Sequence record: OM386656.1
From: Escherichia phage vB_EcoM_ESCO25
Strand: one strand, 5' to 3'
Length of the DNA: 64,000 nt
Shown: one piece after another, positions 63,364 to 64,000 of the stretch
How the letters are laid out: each line of letters begins with the position of its first letter
How positions within the stretch are numbered: the stretch's first letter is position 1
Program-made: the position numbers and the translations under genes
Notes under the pieces: generated by a model
Seen by the model: only the letters and a program-made list of their open reading frames with translations
Told to the model about the DNA's origin: nothing
Databases searched by the model: none

Positions 63364-63702
63364 ATGTATTACACTGAAGACTACATATTGTATAACTTTT
63401 TTAAAGGCTGGTTGGAATGGGCGGAAAAAGCTCCTGTTGGAGATTGTGTTTTTCCTTGGGACTCTCGTCAAGGTTTGTGTCGTTGTTTGGAAGACTGGCT
63501 TATAACCACAAGCTACAATTCAGAGACTAAGAAATCTACATCAAAGAGACTAAAAATGTTATTTGAAGAAGATGGTTTAGATCCGATTTATCCTTTCGGT
63601 GCTGAAAGCTTCCACAATGGTCTTTTTCTTGGCACTCAACATTATGACAAAGATCGCGTAGATTGGGTAAAAGAAAAGGTAGCACAATATGAATGGGGCT
63701 AA
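63364..63702 (+). CDS. paralog family A member 6
   Basis: Start trimmed to MYYTEDYILYNFFKGWL (RBS aaggagg); ...QGLCRCL...DGLDPIYPF...RVDWVKEK. Confidence 0.55.
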   Translation: MYYTEDYILYNFFKGWLEWAEKAPVGDCVFPWDSRQGLCRCLEDWLITTSYNSETKKSTSKRLKMLFEEDGLDPIYPFGAESFHNGLFLGTQHYDKDRVDWVKEKVAQYEWG

Positions 63703-63892
63703 GATTTATCATCGTTGGTTAGAAAGTTATATTAAGAAATGTGAACTTGGTGTTCCAGGCTATACTTACGACACGGACGAGATTCTTGATGAAATGGAAG
63801 TTTGGTTTAAAGAGCCTCGTGAACTATTGGAAAACATTCTAATGGCTTGGAATGGTACGGCACAAAGCATCGGAGGAGGTAGAAATGAGTAA
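63689..63892 (+). CDS. hypothetical small protein
   Basis: 67 aa ORF. Confidence 0.45.
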   Translation: MNGAKIYHRWLESYIKKCELGVPGYTYDTDEILDEMEVWFKEPRELLENILMAWNGTAQSIGGGRNE

Positions 63893-64000
63893 GAAATTGT
63901 TTAATATTCGTGAGAATCGTGATGGATCGTTCTCTGTAGTCAATGAGTTTAACGTTTCGGTTGGGACTTTTATTACTAAACGTCAAGCAGAACAAGTAAG
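63885..64000 (+). CDS. hypothetical protein, partial (runs off window end)
   Basis: ATG at 63885 after RBS ggaggagg; MSKKLFNIRENRDGSFSVVNEFNVSVGTFITKRQAEQV... Confidence 0.4.
   Translation, partial: MSKKLFNIRENRDGSFSVVNEFNVSVGTFITKRQAEQV

Overview
This window reads as part of a large, probably lytic, double-stranded DNA phage of a Gram-negative (enteric-type) host; no rRNA, tRNA, CRISPR array or integrase/att pair was found. All functional calls rest on motif recognition by eye, with no database search run. Layout: (1) 1-30819 is one long, tightly packed minus-strand operon set (stop/start overlaps of the ATGA/TAATG type) encoding a T7-like replication module (family A DNA polymerase N-terminus, gp4-like primase-helicase, DNA methyltransferase), a glycosyltransferase cluster, a Ter-like stress module (TerD, vWA, TelA-like, TerC) with linked macro-domain, phosphoribosyltransferase-like and HAD-like enzymes, anaerobic ribonucleotide reductase NrdD/NrdG and a UvrD-like helicase. 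(2) 30820-30933 is a divergent promoter region, followed by plus-strand genes 30934-37158 (AAA ATPase, Cys-repeat protein, NADAR domain). (3) 37160-38340 is AT-rich non-coding DNA with direct repeats and four periodic palindromes. (4) 38340-48680 is an array of about 33 small plus-strand genes, most preceded by a sigma70-like promoter plus a GC-rich 5' stem-loop and several followed by near-identical terminators, resembling the promoter-early-stem-loop (PeSL) cassettes of T4-type phages. (5) 48700-50100 is a strand-biased A/C-rich non-coding region with Fur-box-like palindromes. (6) 50103-64000 is a dense plus-strand block with strong GGAGG ribosome-binding sites, several paralogous small-protein families and a small serine recombinase. 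The strongest candidates for something new are the phage-borne Ter-like module with its linked enzymes, the PeSL-like cassette array, and the six-member paralog family.
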